A DNA stretch of 64,000 nt, from assembly GCA_002633005.1 (NCBI GenBank), contig NMRA01000015.1:1657439-1721438 (forward strand), written 5' to 3'. Within the stretch, counting starts at the first letter, position 1, and each line of letters starts with the position of its first letter. The translations under genes and the position numbers were made by a program. The notes below the pieces were generated by a model, which saw nothing but the letters and a program-made list of their open reading frames with translations, was not told where the DNA came from and made no database searches. Positions 1-11,570 of the stretch are shown one piece after another. Origin of the DNA: Phoronis australis. Lineage: Eukaryota; Animalia; Phoronida.

Positions 1-183
1 GTTGTAAAAAGTCCAATTCTACTTTTAGAAAATATATACTTTTATTGACTGTGTTAGATTCTATAATTTTTAGATAATTGGCTTAACACTCAGACCTTTG
101 AATAAGGTCCTATATGACATATAGTGATGTATTTGGGTGAAAATCTTTAATTGTGCTGTTGAAAATTCCACATTTTGAATGCT

Positions 184-270
184 GCTGACAATAACATGTT
201 GTTCTAGCCGCTGACAATGACACCTTGTTGTTCTAGCCACTGACAATAACATCTTGTTTTTGTAGCTGCT
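184..270 (+). repeat. ~29-bp tandem repeat x3 spanning the CEP104 3' splice site
   Basis: ctgacaataacat(c)ttgtt(g)ttctagc units, with AGs at 206-207, 235-236 and 264-265 (the last is the functional acceptor). Confidence 0.75.
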
Positions 271-1071
271 GAGCCTGATAAAAATCACTGTCCTATGTGT
301 CATAAGAACTTCCCTGGAGTTGGTGAGGAAGCATGGAAAACACATTTGATGGGACCCAATGGATGTAAACAGAACCCTCGTCGACTGAATGCATCCAAGG
401 GTGAGTGCTTAATCCAGTTTCAGGACTAGGGGAGCAGAACAAAATTTATCAATACGATCCAGTTTCGATATTTTCTTATTGATACGTTATTTTATGGGTA
501 CTTGCAAGAAGTGGGCATGAAAATAAATATGTGCAAAAGTTATTCATACGAAACTGGTTCATTCACCTCACTGGGCAGACTCAAGTTCAGAACAAGACTT
601 CATAAGCAAATCTGCTGTACTTTTGTCCGATGTACTATGAGACATACCAATATTCTCAAAACTTGCTGAATATCAGCTGCGAAGCCAACTGAAACTGTTG
701 TAGATTAAGTGTTTTGACCTTCTGCATGTAGCCCAATTTCCCTAGTATATGGCTGACAACAAACCTCATAGTTTCACTATTGGTATTGTATAGGTATTTT
801 TTATTACTCTCCATATGTACTGTTAATTGAGTTCTGCTGTGTTACCCTATTCGAGATTTGTCTGATGCGTTGATAGGGTGAGGTGTCGACCAATGAAACT
901 TAAGGTCCGCTGATCATAATTTTCCCACCTAACTGTTGCGATAACATGGAGATTCACCATCGAAAAATTCTTATACTAGTTGTAATTGTCTTTTCAGGTG
1001 CGAGAGGAACCAAGCCCTCTGGGAAGGCTGTCGGCAAGGGGGGTCAAGTGAAAAGGTCACCGAGAAAATAA
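266..1071 (+). CDS. CEP104: Centrosomal protein of 104 kDa, last two coding exons (266-400, 998-1071)
   Basis: Exon 266-400 (tgtag| ... |gtgagt) reads AEPDKNHCPMCHKNFPGVGEEAWKTHLMGPNGCKQNPRR, matching the C-terminal zinc finger of CEP104 (human, recalled: NRCPLCHENFSPGEEAWKAHLMGPAGC). A phase-compatible terminal exon 998-1071 (tttcag|) reads GARGTKPSGKAVGKGGQVKRSPRK*. AATAAA at 1157-1162. Confidence 0.88.
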
Positions 1072-1196
1072 CGGATAGTCTCTGGTCAACCGCCAATGTA
1101 ATTTATTGTTTGTAAATATGGTAATTGAATTGTGAACTGATTTACGAAGAGGTAAAAATAAACTAAGTATATTTTTCAATGATTCCTTAAAGTAGT

Positions 1197-1310
1197 GTGG
1201 AATCTACTGACCACTACTGGTTCAGTGGAATCTACTGACCACTACTGGTTCAGTGGAATCTACTGACCACTACTGGTTCAGTGGAATCTACTGACCACTA
1301 CTGGTTCAGT
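1197..1310. repeat. 28-bp perfect tandem repeat x4
   Basis: gtggaatctactgaccactactggttca repeated four times with no spacers. Confidence 0.95.
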
Positions 1311-1605
1311 AATGTTTATCTATAGGTCATAACCCTTTTACACATCCTGTTGACTGCTACTCATCATTTAGTGTCCTGTTATTGTTACATACCTTAATTC
1401 ATCATCCTGTACAATGTCTAACACCCAAGACTAACATCTTATTCACCTTATCATTGACCCATTTCATTACAAGTCCCAACATTCATTCCGTCATTGTCTC
1501 AAATGCCACCATTGTAATAAATATCTTACAAAAAACACTGCTGGTTGAACTTTTAAAAAATTTTAAACAAATGAGAGAAACTTGCCTGTACAATTTTCCC
1601 TTTAA

Positions 1606-2076
1606 AGTTATGTGGGACCCTAAAAAATGTCCAAATTGGTTAATAAATAGCGAATATCCATGCATAGTAAACTTTCACATAGTGTGCTCAATGTGCTGTT
1701 CTTCAAAACGCTGTTGGTTTTAAACCTTTTGCATGAGGAGCCTTCAAAAAGTACGACTTTTATCATTTTCATGAAGGAACTCGTTATGTACATAAAGTGA
1801 AAACAAAATTATACTTTAGAAAATTAAAAAACATTTTTAAGATTTCAACTTGAACATTTATATTAAATGTATTTTTGGGTGTTATAGGGGCTCTTGTTGG
1901 GTCTTTTTGATGAAATTTGCCTTAAAAACATAGCAGATTTGTAAAAAGTTAAAATCATATTCTGTGGGCGTTCCTCCTTCAGAGAATAAATATATACTTT
2001 TAATGACTTTAGTACCATTGTGTATATTTGTCTAAATACACAGACTAGTCGTTAGAGTACTACAGTATACATAACT
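1606..2076. mobile_element. Kolobok-like MITE (TTAA TSD)
   Basis: TTAA|agttatgt ... acataact|TTAA; its 3' part resembles window positions 1-130. Confidence 0.5.
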
Positions 2077-2728
2077 TTAAATTTTCTGGCAAAGCACAAG
2101 AAGAACACTAGCACTTCAGTGAATTTAAGGAAGCAAGGAGTCTAAGTGCTACATAAATCTATGTGCGTAACTGTTGCACCGGCAGTGAAAGCTGTATCCC
2201 CGTGTATGTCTTAAGAGAGTCGGCGCAAACAGTGGCCTTATATTGATGTTCAGGTCTCCACAATCGAGCATCACGTTCCATGTAGTGTCACATTTGCACG
2301 CCTGTTGTCATACTAATACTGCTCACCAGGCTGTTATTCGGGGTCTTTGTGACAGGTGCCTAGGAACTATTTATGATTCAGATTTTGGGTCAAATCAGTT
2401 CAAGAAAACAAATAAGTGCTTTAGCGATTGTTGTCATATTTGCAACACTATATAGAATCCAGGTGTAGGCATGTCTTGATTCTAAAGCTTTCCTCCCTTT
2501 GTTTAATAATAGTACTTCCACCAAGTTACACTGAACTCTGGCCCTGAGTACCACCACTTTTCTGTTTCCTGTTCTCTTTACATTTTGTGCCTTTCATTCT
2601 AATGTTTTATCGTTCTGCAGTGTTCACCTTTTTGGTGTGACGTTTCCCACTGACGATGTTTAAAGTTAAAAAAACGATTCGTCTGTACTATTTCGCCTTA
2701 ATGGTGTTGTAAACAGAACATTACATCT

Positions 2729-2891
2729 CATGGACGGGTCCAGGGGGGGGTCAAGGGGTCTGAACACCCCTGTTTTCCCTTAATTTGAGTGATATCAAAT
2801 ATAGAATTTTCAAAATGTTGACTTGGACCCCCCTTTTTAAAAAGATCCTTGACCCGACCCCCCCTTTTTAAAAATCCTGGATCCGCCCCTG
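2729..2891. mobile_element. Short G/C-tract MITE
   Basis: Imperfect TIRs catggacgggtccagg / cctggatccgcccctg; flanks catct / catcg resemble a 5-bp TSD. Confidence 0.6.
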
Positions 2892-3074
2892 CATCGTTTG
2901 CTGGAGCGCTTTGTTATTTATTCCTTGTATGATGGTGACTTTAAAAAGTGATTTTGTGGTTATGATTGGGAAAGACAATGCATATGAATATGCGACTGAA
3001 GTTTTTAAGAAGCAGCTTTAACATTGGTTTGTGTCGAATACAGATATTCTCGGTTTGACAGACAGCACAGCAGT

Positions 3075-5821
3075 TTAAGGAATAATATTCCAGTGGAAAC
3101 TGGGAGGGTCCTCGTCGTTCCACTTCCACGAGCGCTTTACAACCGTGTCGTCTTGTATGCGGCTTGTTCTTGCCTTTCTGCCACCATCGTCGTTGGTCGT
3201 AAACTGTGAGTCTGTCAAGAACGAGTCTGCGTAAAATTTGTCCAAACCTGCATCTTCGTTAACGGCGCCTCTCGCGACCACATTCCCTGAAAAGATAACC
3301 ATAGAATATACACTGCGGCCCCTTGACAACCAAGTCTTGTCCTATGTTTTTAAGTTTAAAACGTTTTGACTCTTACTGATTTGTATTCGTTTAAAGGGAT
3401 GCTAAACCCTGTTTTGATGAGTTAAATTAATCCGCATTCTGTCGCCTGCTAAAGCTTCGTTGGAACACACTAAAAACTCGTACTCTCTGTGTCACAGATT
3501 GGACTATTATGGTTCTTGGTGGGTGGTCTTCCCCACAGTTGCCCTGTAAAAGCGTACTAGGTAACGCTTGACCGATTAGTAGACTTTGAAAGGAGTTTTC
3601 ATATTTACCTCAAAACTTTTGTGGGTGAGCATTACTTTCTTTCAGAGAGTTAAATGGGAAAGCTGTTATTAATATTTGTTAATTTACCAAATCAGGGTTT
3701 AGAGGCGGAATCGGGTAATTTGGTAAGACAAAGAAACCCGCGCTTTTTGTCAAAAATCTTGAATTAGGCTACTTACTGTAATAAAAAACGAGCGTGAGGG
3801 ATGAATGAACGTACCCAGTCTGTCATGTCCATCAGCATGCGATTTTTTTTGCACTTGACGTCCCGTGGGAAAATGAAAAACGCCATAGCGTTATCTAATA
3901 CTGAGTTGTCACAACTAACACAAACGCAACGCGTCGACATTTTTTATTATACTAAAAAACAAGGGAAAACGAATAGCAATATCTGACGACTTCACACTAA
4001 ACGCAATCTGATGGAAGAGAAATAGAGTAGTATTTATCGACCAATGAATGCCCTTAACTCCAGATCAGCTAATTAATATATCGTCAGATAGTGTTTGCGG
4101 GTGTTCTAATTTGACAGCTGATCTACTAGTGGGGGTTGTTTTTTGGCGTTTTTGATACGAAATAGGTTAGTGTAAGCAGTTTGATTTCTTGAGAAAATTT
4201 GAAATCACGATTTTGTATGAAAAGGCCGGTCATGTGAATAGGAACTTTTGTTTTCTTGCCGATGAATAGTTTCTGAGATTTTCAAAGATAAGGAGTATAC
4301 GTAGCGGCATGTGTTGGGGCCTTGAATAAGACACCGAGAGTCATCAAGTATAACACGTGTATTTGCAGGAATTGTTTTAACCGTTAACATGCTGACTTTT
4401 TAAATCTCAGCGGTTATTACTTGGTTGGCAGAAATTTAGGAGTAGGCGACATGTCCACTTTGGTGGCCTCTAAATCTGTCACTGTTAAAACGTGGCAAGT
4501 AGTTATCAAAGCAGTGTGTTGAAACATTCATATAAGCATGAAGAAATTTGTGGAAAGCCATGTATTGTAGTGTCTGGTTACATGAAACAGTCCAAAAATA
4601 GGGACTCAAACTGAGTTGCCGGATACTGCGTGTTTGGGGGCTTATGAGAACACTAATTTTATTTTCTTACGCTGTTTGAGTGGCTTTGATTTATATCGAG
4701 AGTGAACTCTACGTTGAATTCAAAATATTATTGAAACTAAGTAACGGATCTTTTCATGCAATGCCCCCGATTATTTTGATTGAATTAAGGGCTCAATTTT
4801 TAGTATAATGAGAAACTTTCGCTAGTTAAGAGGAGCTCATACTAAAGATAAAATGGTAGAAAGAAATATTTCATCTGTGAGTAAAGTAGGAAACAAATAC
4901 CCAACAGATTTAGGGAACTTAATTGGGTTTCTATTCGGGTCTCTTTCATGCAATCGGCTTCGGTGCCCGGTTGCATGAAACAGTCCCCTAAATCTACTGC
5001 GTATTATTGGACTTGTGAAAACATCGATTGCCCTTTCTTGAATTGTTTTAGTTTCATTGCTAAGTCAATTTTTGACTTTGATACAAGTCGAGAGTGAATT
5101 CTACGTTGAATTGTCAATATTATCGAAAATATTTAGGGATCTTTTCATGCAACACCCCCAATTTAAGGACTGAGTCTCTATTTATTTTTAATGGACTCTG
5201 GGCTCAGTTTGCAGTTCAATTATTAGAAAATATCATTAATCAAAGAGGAGCTCATAATGAGGATGAAATGATAGAAAAATATTGCATACGTGAGTCCATA
5301 AAGACGCAAATACGCAAAAAGACTTAGGGACCTTAGTTGAGTCCCTATTCGGGACTGTTTCATGCAACCGGCAACAGATCTCTTCACGGTACAACTGCGG
5401 CTCGTATTTAGAATAATTCGACGGTAAACTGCCACTCGGGCAGTACTTTACGGAGTCTAGACACGTAACCAACCTCGACTAACTTGGGCTCCATGGGCTG
5501 CGTCTGTATTTTGCTCCCAAGTTGTCAAAATTCAGAAAACGGGATAGTTAGCTGGGCCGACTTTTCGGCAGTGACGGAACCACCAGAAATTTAAAAATGT
5601 AATTCTACTGAAATTTTTTTTAATTTCGAAAAATACCATGTTGGAACATCACTAAGTTGTTTTTTGTTAAAGTACCGTCGTGATGTTTTTGATAAATAAA
5701 TCGGAATGAGTATAATCAATATGAACTCGCTTATCTTACAAAATTCACAAAAGTGTAACTCACCACAGTAAATAGCAAGGGTACATAAAAGACCCACAAA
5801 TATAAACATGATCTTCACCAT
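3075..5821 (-). CDS. Putative secreted peptide (neuropeptide/hormone) precursor, 89 aa; exons 5821-5764 and 3286-3075
   Basis: Exon 1 MVKIMFIFVGLLCTLAIYC-G|gtgagt is a hydrophobic signal peptide ending in phase 1. It joins ttttcag|GG-NVVARGAVNEDAGLDKFYADSFLTDSQFTTNDDGGRKARTSRIQDDTVVKR-SWKWNDEDPPSFHWNIIP* in frame. Upstream TATA box; minus-strand AATAAA at 2922-2917. Confidence 0.72.
3395..3702. mobile_element. Kolobok-like MITE, copy 1
   Basis: TTAA|agggatgctaaaccctg ... cagggtttag; internal ttatggttcttggtgggtggtctt..cagttgcc is shared with 14507-14858. Confidence 0.6.
4574..5371. mobile_element. Tandem pair of ~400-bp MITEs (4574-4957, 4967-5371)
   Basis: TIRs ccggttgcatgaaacagtcc / ggactgtttcatgcaaccgg; both copies share internal tcgagagtga-ctacgttgaatt and ggatcttttcatgcaa blocks. 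Confidence 0.7.
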
Positions 5822-5895
5822 GTATACAGTCAAGTCGGTCAATCGGTCGGGTACGGGAACAATAAATGTTCTTTTCTCAAAACGGAAGGTCCCCG

Positions 5896-5918
5896 TATTT
5901 ATATAAGCCCTACACGTG
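5896..5918 (-). promoter_or_regulatory. TATA box plus E-box of the peptide precursor gene
   Basis: Minus strand reads gtCACGTGtagggctTATATAAATA, about 75 nt upstream of the ATG at 5821. Confidence 0.6.
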
Positions 5919-8559
5919 ACTTGTCTGAACTGACACATGGCTGCGCATGATCCCAAATTCTCTGAAAGTGATGCATTTTGCTCATCATTACCATCAGAAT
6001 ATAAAATTGTTTGTTAGATCATTGATGATTTTCGTTTTGAATTAGTCTACTGTTAATTGTATTCGTTTTTGAATTACTCTTGCAACCGTCAATTTCTCTA
6101 TTTGCACATCGATAGCAAGTAGACATTATTACTTATTAAGCCTATAATTCCTCTGTTTTAAGTATGACCTGAACATTATACTAACTAAAGTATATTTTAA
6201 GGGACTGCATGAACAAACAATGCAAATTTGACTTGAAAGGTCACTGGGAGCCAATATACAATAGCCATCTTAGTGCCCCGGTTGAGCCATTAGTTCATGC
6301 AAACACTACTTGATGACGAACCATGGCGCAAAATTCTACAATGTCGTTTTCATCTGTGAAAGGGAATAAAGGAAGCGGCATGGTGAACAGAGAATTGATA
6401 AAATGAGCGCTGTTGAAAAGCGAGTTGTAGTTGGCATGTACAAAAGGAGAGATCAGAGATGTTCCCATCTAAAACTTCAGCATGCATTAAGAAAGCGTGT
6501 GTTGAAGGTGATCGCAAATCTGGCCGGCGTTCTGCCGCCACAGGCTATAGAAAAACGTTGAACTTACACCAATGTATTTGTGTCTATTGAAATCCTACTG
6601 GCACCTGTTGTGCATTATAATCATTCTACTGTTTGGCAAGGACGCCTTTCTTTTCTCCGGTGGAAGCATTCAGGACCGCATGATGGTTGTTTCCATCAGG
6701 TGATCGACTCGGCCATAGCCTTCTAAAATCAATTAGTGCACTAATCAGGGATTCAAATTTTCACTTTTAATTAAAGATACGCTTTCCACTTCATTATAGT
6801 TAAAAACTTCATAAAACGCGTTTTAGCGCAAGTTAGTTCAGGACAAACTTTAGCACGAAATGATCATTCAACACAACCCCAAATATTTTTATACTGATAT
6901 GAATTTATACGAATTTTACAGTTTAATTTATTATAATCGTGCACCACCACCCAAAATGGCCGTCGTAGCTAAATGACAGCTGACTCATGCATTGGGTACT
7001 AATTCACCTGCTGCCGTTTATAATGAAGTTTACGTGGAAACACTGCCCACTTAAAACAAAAATTTAAAACATAATAGTAAAATAAGACAAGTACAAATAT
7101 GGCTGAAAAACACGAAATGCATATATTATAGTGATATTCTTCGATTGACGAATCTCATGACGTGATCTAAAGTAGCGAATGTTAAGGAAGGAGCTTTTAT
7201 TTTTAGAAGAAAAATTGCCGAGTTAAAATCAATTTACGCAAACTTGTCAATAAGGTCTTACGTTAAAGATTCTTACTTGTTAAATGACAAGTTCAATTCT
7301 GCGAGTAAAAATGTTTTTAGTCTACTCGTGCAGTAGGTTTTGCCGTGCACTTAGGCCTTCTCTACGTCGGTGTGCGAACTTTGTTTCTGTACGTGCGTAA
7401 TGATATTCGTGACTAAATCCTGGAAATTAAGGATCACAAAGGGATTCCACAGTCCTAGTATTAGTAAGTGATTCCCGTTCGCCCAGTGTGGGGTGCCTTA
7501 GGATGTTAAGGTTAGGATAAGGTTTATCATTGAATGTTTTCTGGTGAACGATTCTGTTAGTGTCATTGCTGCTTCTGAAGTGTAGAATGATTGCCAACAC
7601 TGAGTAAATATCAAAATTAATTGACTTTTGATCACAAAACTTGCTTGTACCTCACAAAGTCAATAGCATCACCATTTAAATTGCTCACGTGATAGATATA
7701 GGCACCAACTTCCAAACTAACATTGTACGCAATGATTTGAACGGACAATGTATTGCCCGCACTGCGTATTTGCACGCATATTGTCATGGTAACTTGATCA
7801 CTTGGTTATTCTCCTCACAAAAAGCACATTTTACGAAGCTTTTTGTGCTGTATACGTTTGCCAACACTGATGTTTTATAGTATTGAGGTACCCGCGTTCT
7901 CACGGCACGGATAACCAACGATGCCGCACTTCGTGTCATCATAGATGGTGTCATCGACAAATAGCGAAGTATAGATAAAGTTAAATCCGCCTTGTTTAGC
8001 TGACTAAAACACGAAAATAGATATTTTACTCCAGCTCTCTAAAAATTGGACTCATAACATTCTCTACCAGCCGTGATAGGATTTTCTTTCTATCACCAAC
8101 AGAAATGTAGAATTCCATCAATGAGTCATTTCACGCCTAACAATTAAACCTTTCTGGGGTTGGCAAACCCTAAAATTGCACAGCACCCATTTGAAGTCGC
8201 CTGTGGCCTGGGGCTGGTAAAGGAAGGGGAAATCTATTATCGTAAGGCAAGTTATGGGACCGATTTTATCATGTTGTGAGTACAAGGCCAACTGAGCAAG
8301 GCACTATGAGCTTTAAATAAGACTGCATTATTTTTGGGCCGCGCCGGTGTAGTAGACTTGTCACAACATCTACATATGTGGGGTAGAGGCCAATTTTTAT
8401 TTGCGTGAACCAATCGTAGGAAGCTCACCAACGGTCCATGCACGAGTTTTGTCCCCTGGACTTGACTGGCAGCTTTCATCAAGGTTAATGCCGGAGTAGG
8501 GCGATCCCGGTAGGCTCAGTTCACAACGCCTGTAAAACTTCTGGTGAATCGACAACTAT

Positions 8560-10690
8560 ACACAATGAGAAAAGATATTCTCTGGACTATTAGTGATTGT
8601 AGGTTTTGCGAAGGCGTTTGACTCTGTATCCTGGAATTGTATTCCCAACGTGCTTATTTTTTATTTTGGAAATAGCTTTATTATGTGTATTTATTTCCTC
8701 AATACGGGATCTCGATTCTCCATGATCCAGAGAAATTTCGCTCCTGATTACTTTGAAATTGGTCGCATGTGCCGACAGGGGGGTCCAATTTCGCCATATT
8801 TGTTGATCATGTGTGTGGGGATTATAGGTATCTTATATAGGCAAAATCTTGAAATTAAAGGAATAGATGTAGGCACCTGATCTGACAGAATAATGCAATA
8901 TGAAGATGTTGACGTTATTATACTCGATGCTTCGAGTGAATCTCTGAAAGTATCCTTGATCTACTTGATCAGTTCTACAAGTTTTCGGGCTTGACGCCCG
9001 GAATCTAGAGAAAACAGAATGCGTGTGGGTCTGAGCTTTGAATTACAGTGACAGACGCTTATGTCCCAAGAAGAACCTAAAATGGAGAAGAGAATATGTT
9101 GCAATAGTTACATTTAGTTTAGTCCTTTCTCGAGTGACTTCACTAAACTTAAGGAAATTCAAAATAGTATAAATTCTTTGAATATGAGAATCTAGGCAAA
9201 TTAACGGCAGTGAAATCTTTTTTTATGGTTTCTAAACTTGTCATTTTATTTGTTTCTCTACTCTTCACCAGCTAAGGAAAATATTCATAGGATTGAAAAA
9301 CTCTCATAATTTTATCTGGGGTAATAAAAATGATTAAGACTTCTGTCTTGGTTGTTGTAAAATGAGCCATATTGAACCAATCACTAAATCACTGAAATCC
9401 TCATGGTTTTATAAAGATGTTTCTTCAACTAATAACGACCTATGGCAAAACATTCTCTTTCCGAGTATTCCCTTAAATATCCACAGAAATACAAAAGCAT
9501 ACATAATATTTTCTGGAAAGAATTATTTAGTGTTGTCAATAAATTCCCCCAAACTTTCCCTGTGCAGCATGACAATATAACATATGAATCCTACTACAAC
9601 CTGGAAAAAAATATTTACAACGATAAATTGGATTTTGAGAGATTCCAGGCAAGGTGGTCTTTTTTTTGCCTAACTAGCTTTTAGAGGGTCCGATAATGTT
9701 CGTAATTTGTTTGATGTACGCTTAACTAGATTTCATATTGCTGCACAACTATGTACTGGTTGGTTGAATTAATAAATGTTTCATCTAAAAAAAAAATAAC
9801 ATATGAATCCTTATGGTTCAATTCCATGTTGTTTGCAGGCAATAGATACTTGCATTATGAAAAATGGCATAACAATAATATTGTGCACATTTATAACTTT
9901 TAAGACTCACTGGGAAAGTTGATGACGTATTAACAATTCTATAGATCTGATGACTTTTCCCCATGTTTCACATAATTTTAATGCTTGCGGAAAACATTAC
10001 GTAAATTTATCTCAAACTGTTTCGTAACCTTCATTCTTGTTTTTGTACTAGAAAAAAATGAAGTTAGTTTGCCAAACATCCAGCCAATACTTTCACGTAT
10101 CTTACTTTCGCTAAATCCAGGAAAATTTGTTTACAAATCTTTGCTTAACCAAAAAAAAAATAATAAAATTTGAAAAAATGGAACAGTTTTATAAACTTCT
10201 TGAGTGACGAGTGGCACCTGACGACAAGCCGACAGCTGTGCAGTTAGCTCTACGAATGCTTTAAAACTGAAACGATTTCAAATTCGTTTGACACATAGAA
10301 AACTTAGCACTAACATTCTTTTCTTGAAGATTGGAGTTGTTATTTGACATATGTGCAATTTTGCGGGGAACAACCAAAGAAAGCTAGTCATCTATATTGG
10401 TCAAATGCGTGCAATCTTTTTGGTTCTGGTTCATTGGATAAATCTAAAAGTTGATTTACCTTAACTTATGGTATTGAGGACGACATAACCGTCGGGAAAT
10501 ACAGAACCAAAACTTTTGGATTTAATAATAAACTTAAGCAAGTACCACATACACCGCCAAATATTTGTCAAATGCTTTTCATGTTTTAATTTCTTAAAAA
10601 ACAAAAATCTTTGAATATTAGAGTTGAGAAAATTATTTTCATAAAAACTGTTAATTGCAAATTTTCAATTGTCTATAGACCCATAAAGTT
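8560..10690 (+). mobile_element. Degenerate L1/Tx1-clade LINE, 5'-truncated ORF2 (RT to C-terminal zinc-binding region)
   Basis: GFAKAFDSVSW, CRQGGPISPYL and a QYEDV (YADD-like) motif, plus FQIRLTHRKLSTN..C..C near 10270-10400; many stops and frameshifts. Confidence 0.85.
9593..9795 (+). mobile_element. 203-bp 5'-truncated LINE 3' end nested in the L1/Tx1 relic
   Basis: 16-bp TSD ataacatatgaatcct at 9577-9592 and 9796-9811; encodes YYNLEKNIY..FQARW; AATAAA at 9771 followed by an A-tail. Confidence 0.8.
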
Positions 10691-10821
10691 CTTCTGTTGG
10701 TAGAAGACTGAAAATATAGTGGACACGAGTACATGTGTGACTGTGAAAGCAGATATCCAGCACTACCGTGTCTGTGTGCATTGTCTATGAGTATGATTTA
10801 ATAAAAGATCCTGCTGGTTTT

Positions 10822-11112
10822 TGAACTTGGAATTCTGATTTATCTTAAGATCGCGTATGCGTGAACTTGGAATACACGAGGAAACTTGATAAAAATTTGA
10901 AATGCACTAAAATCAAGGCTGGTAAATGCTAATAAAATAATGTAAATTGTAACCAACCTTTTTCAACTAGTATTGGCGATCTTGTTCACCAAGCAATTAA
11001 TTTAATTCAAACAGTCGCATTCGATAAAGGAAAAAAATGGGTGATAATGACGCCACTGAACAAAAAATTCACCTAATTGCTTCAATATTCAATTCCAAGT
11101 TCACGTATACGC
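10822..11112. mobile_element. MITE with gcgtatgcgtgaacttggaat TIRs, copy 1
   Basis: Inverted repeats at 10853-10873 and 11092-11112; a relative in opposite orientation at 60801-61178 and a terminus fragment near 63960. Confidence 0.7.
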
Positions 11113-11259
11113 ACAGCACAGTCAACTAGTGACATGGTAGAAAATTTAGTCGCTAGGTGGCGAATCATCGTTATTGCAGCGCCAGCTCGTGGTTGTGTTG
11201 AAGGAGCAGAAAATGGATTAAGAAAACCGAAAACCTTCCAACACTTTTGACAGGGTTTT

Positions 11260-11278
11260 ATGATGTCATCAAATAGTG
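11260..11278 (+). CDS. TAF10: Candidate upstream (first coding) exon of TAF10: MMSSNS-G
   Basis: ATG ATG TCA TCA AAT AGT G|gtaagt is a consensus donor in phase 1, matching the phase-1 acceptor at 22693 ([14 protein letters not shown]). It lies in a CpG-richer stretch. It could instead be a microexon starting at 11254 (ttttgacag|). Confidence 0.45.
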
Positions 11279-11570
11279 GTAAGTACTACCATTTAACCAC
11301 ACCCTTCAAACCGTCTGTTTAGGGTCTAAAAACAAAGCAAAATTTGTAGCACGACGCTCTGGCTCGCAGATTCCGGCTGGTGAACACTCACGAAGCAGGG
11401 TCTCGATGACATGCAGCGCTGCAGCGGCACTGGTTAGATAAAGCGGTCCCAGATTTTAAGAACCAGGCAATCACTGAATAACGGGCCCAGGTAACGCGGT
11501 CCTGTTCTTCGGTGTATGAAACTGGTTCTCTACATCAGGGACCGCTATCTCCGACCAGTGCCCAAAATAC

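Noticed and set aside
1197-1310. CRISPR-like 28-bp repeats
   Set aside because: No spacers, eukaryotic context and no cas genes; a plain minisatellite.
11134-11262. ORF MVENLVARW...QHF* in frame with the candidate TAF10 ATG (possible TGA readthrough or selenocysteine)
   Set aside because: No TAF10-like sequence, no SECIS seen, and it probably starts upstream of the TSS; chance is sufficient.
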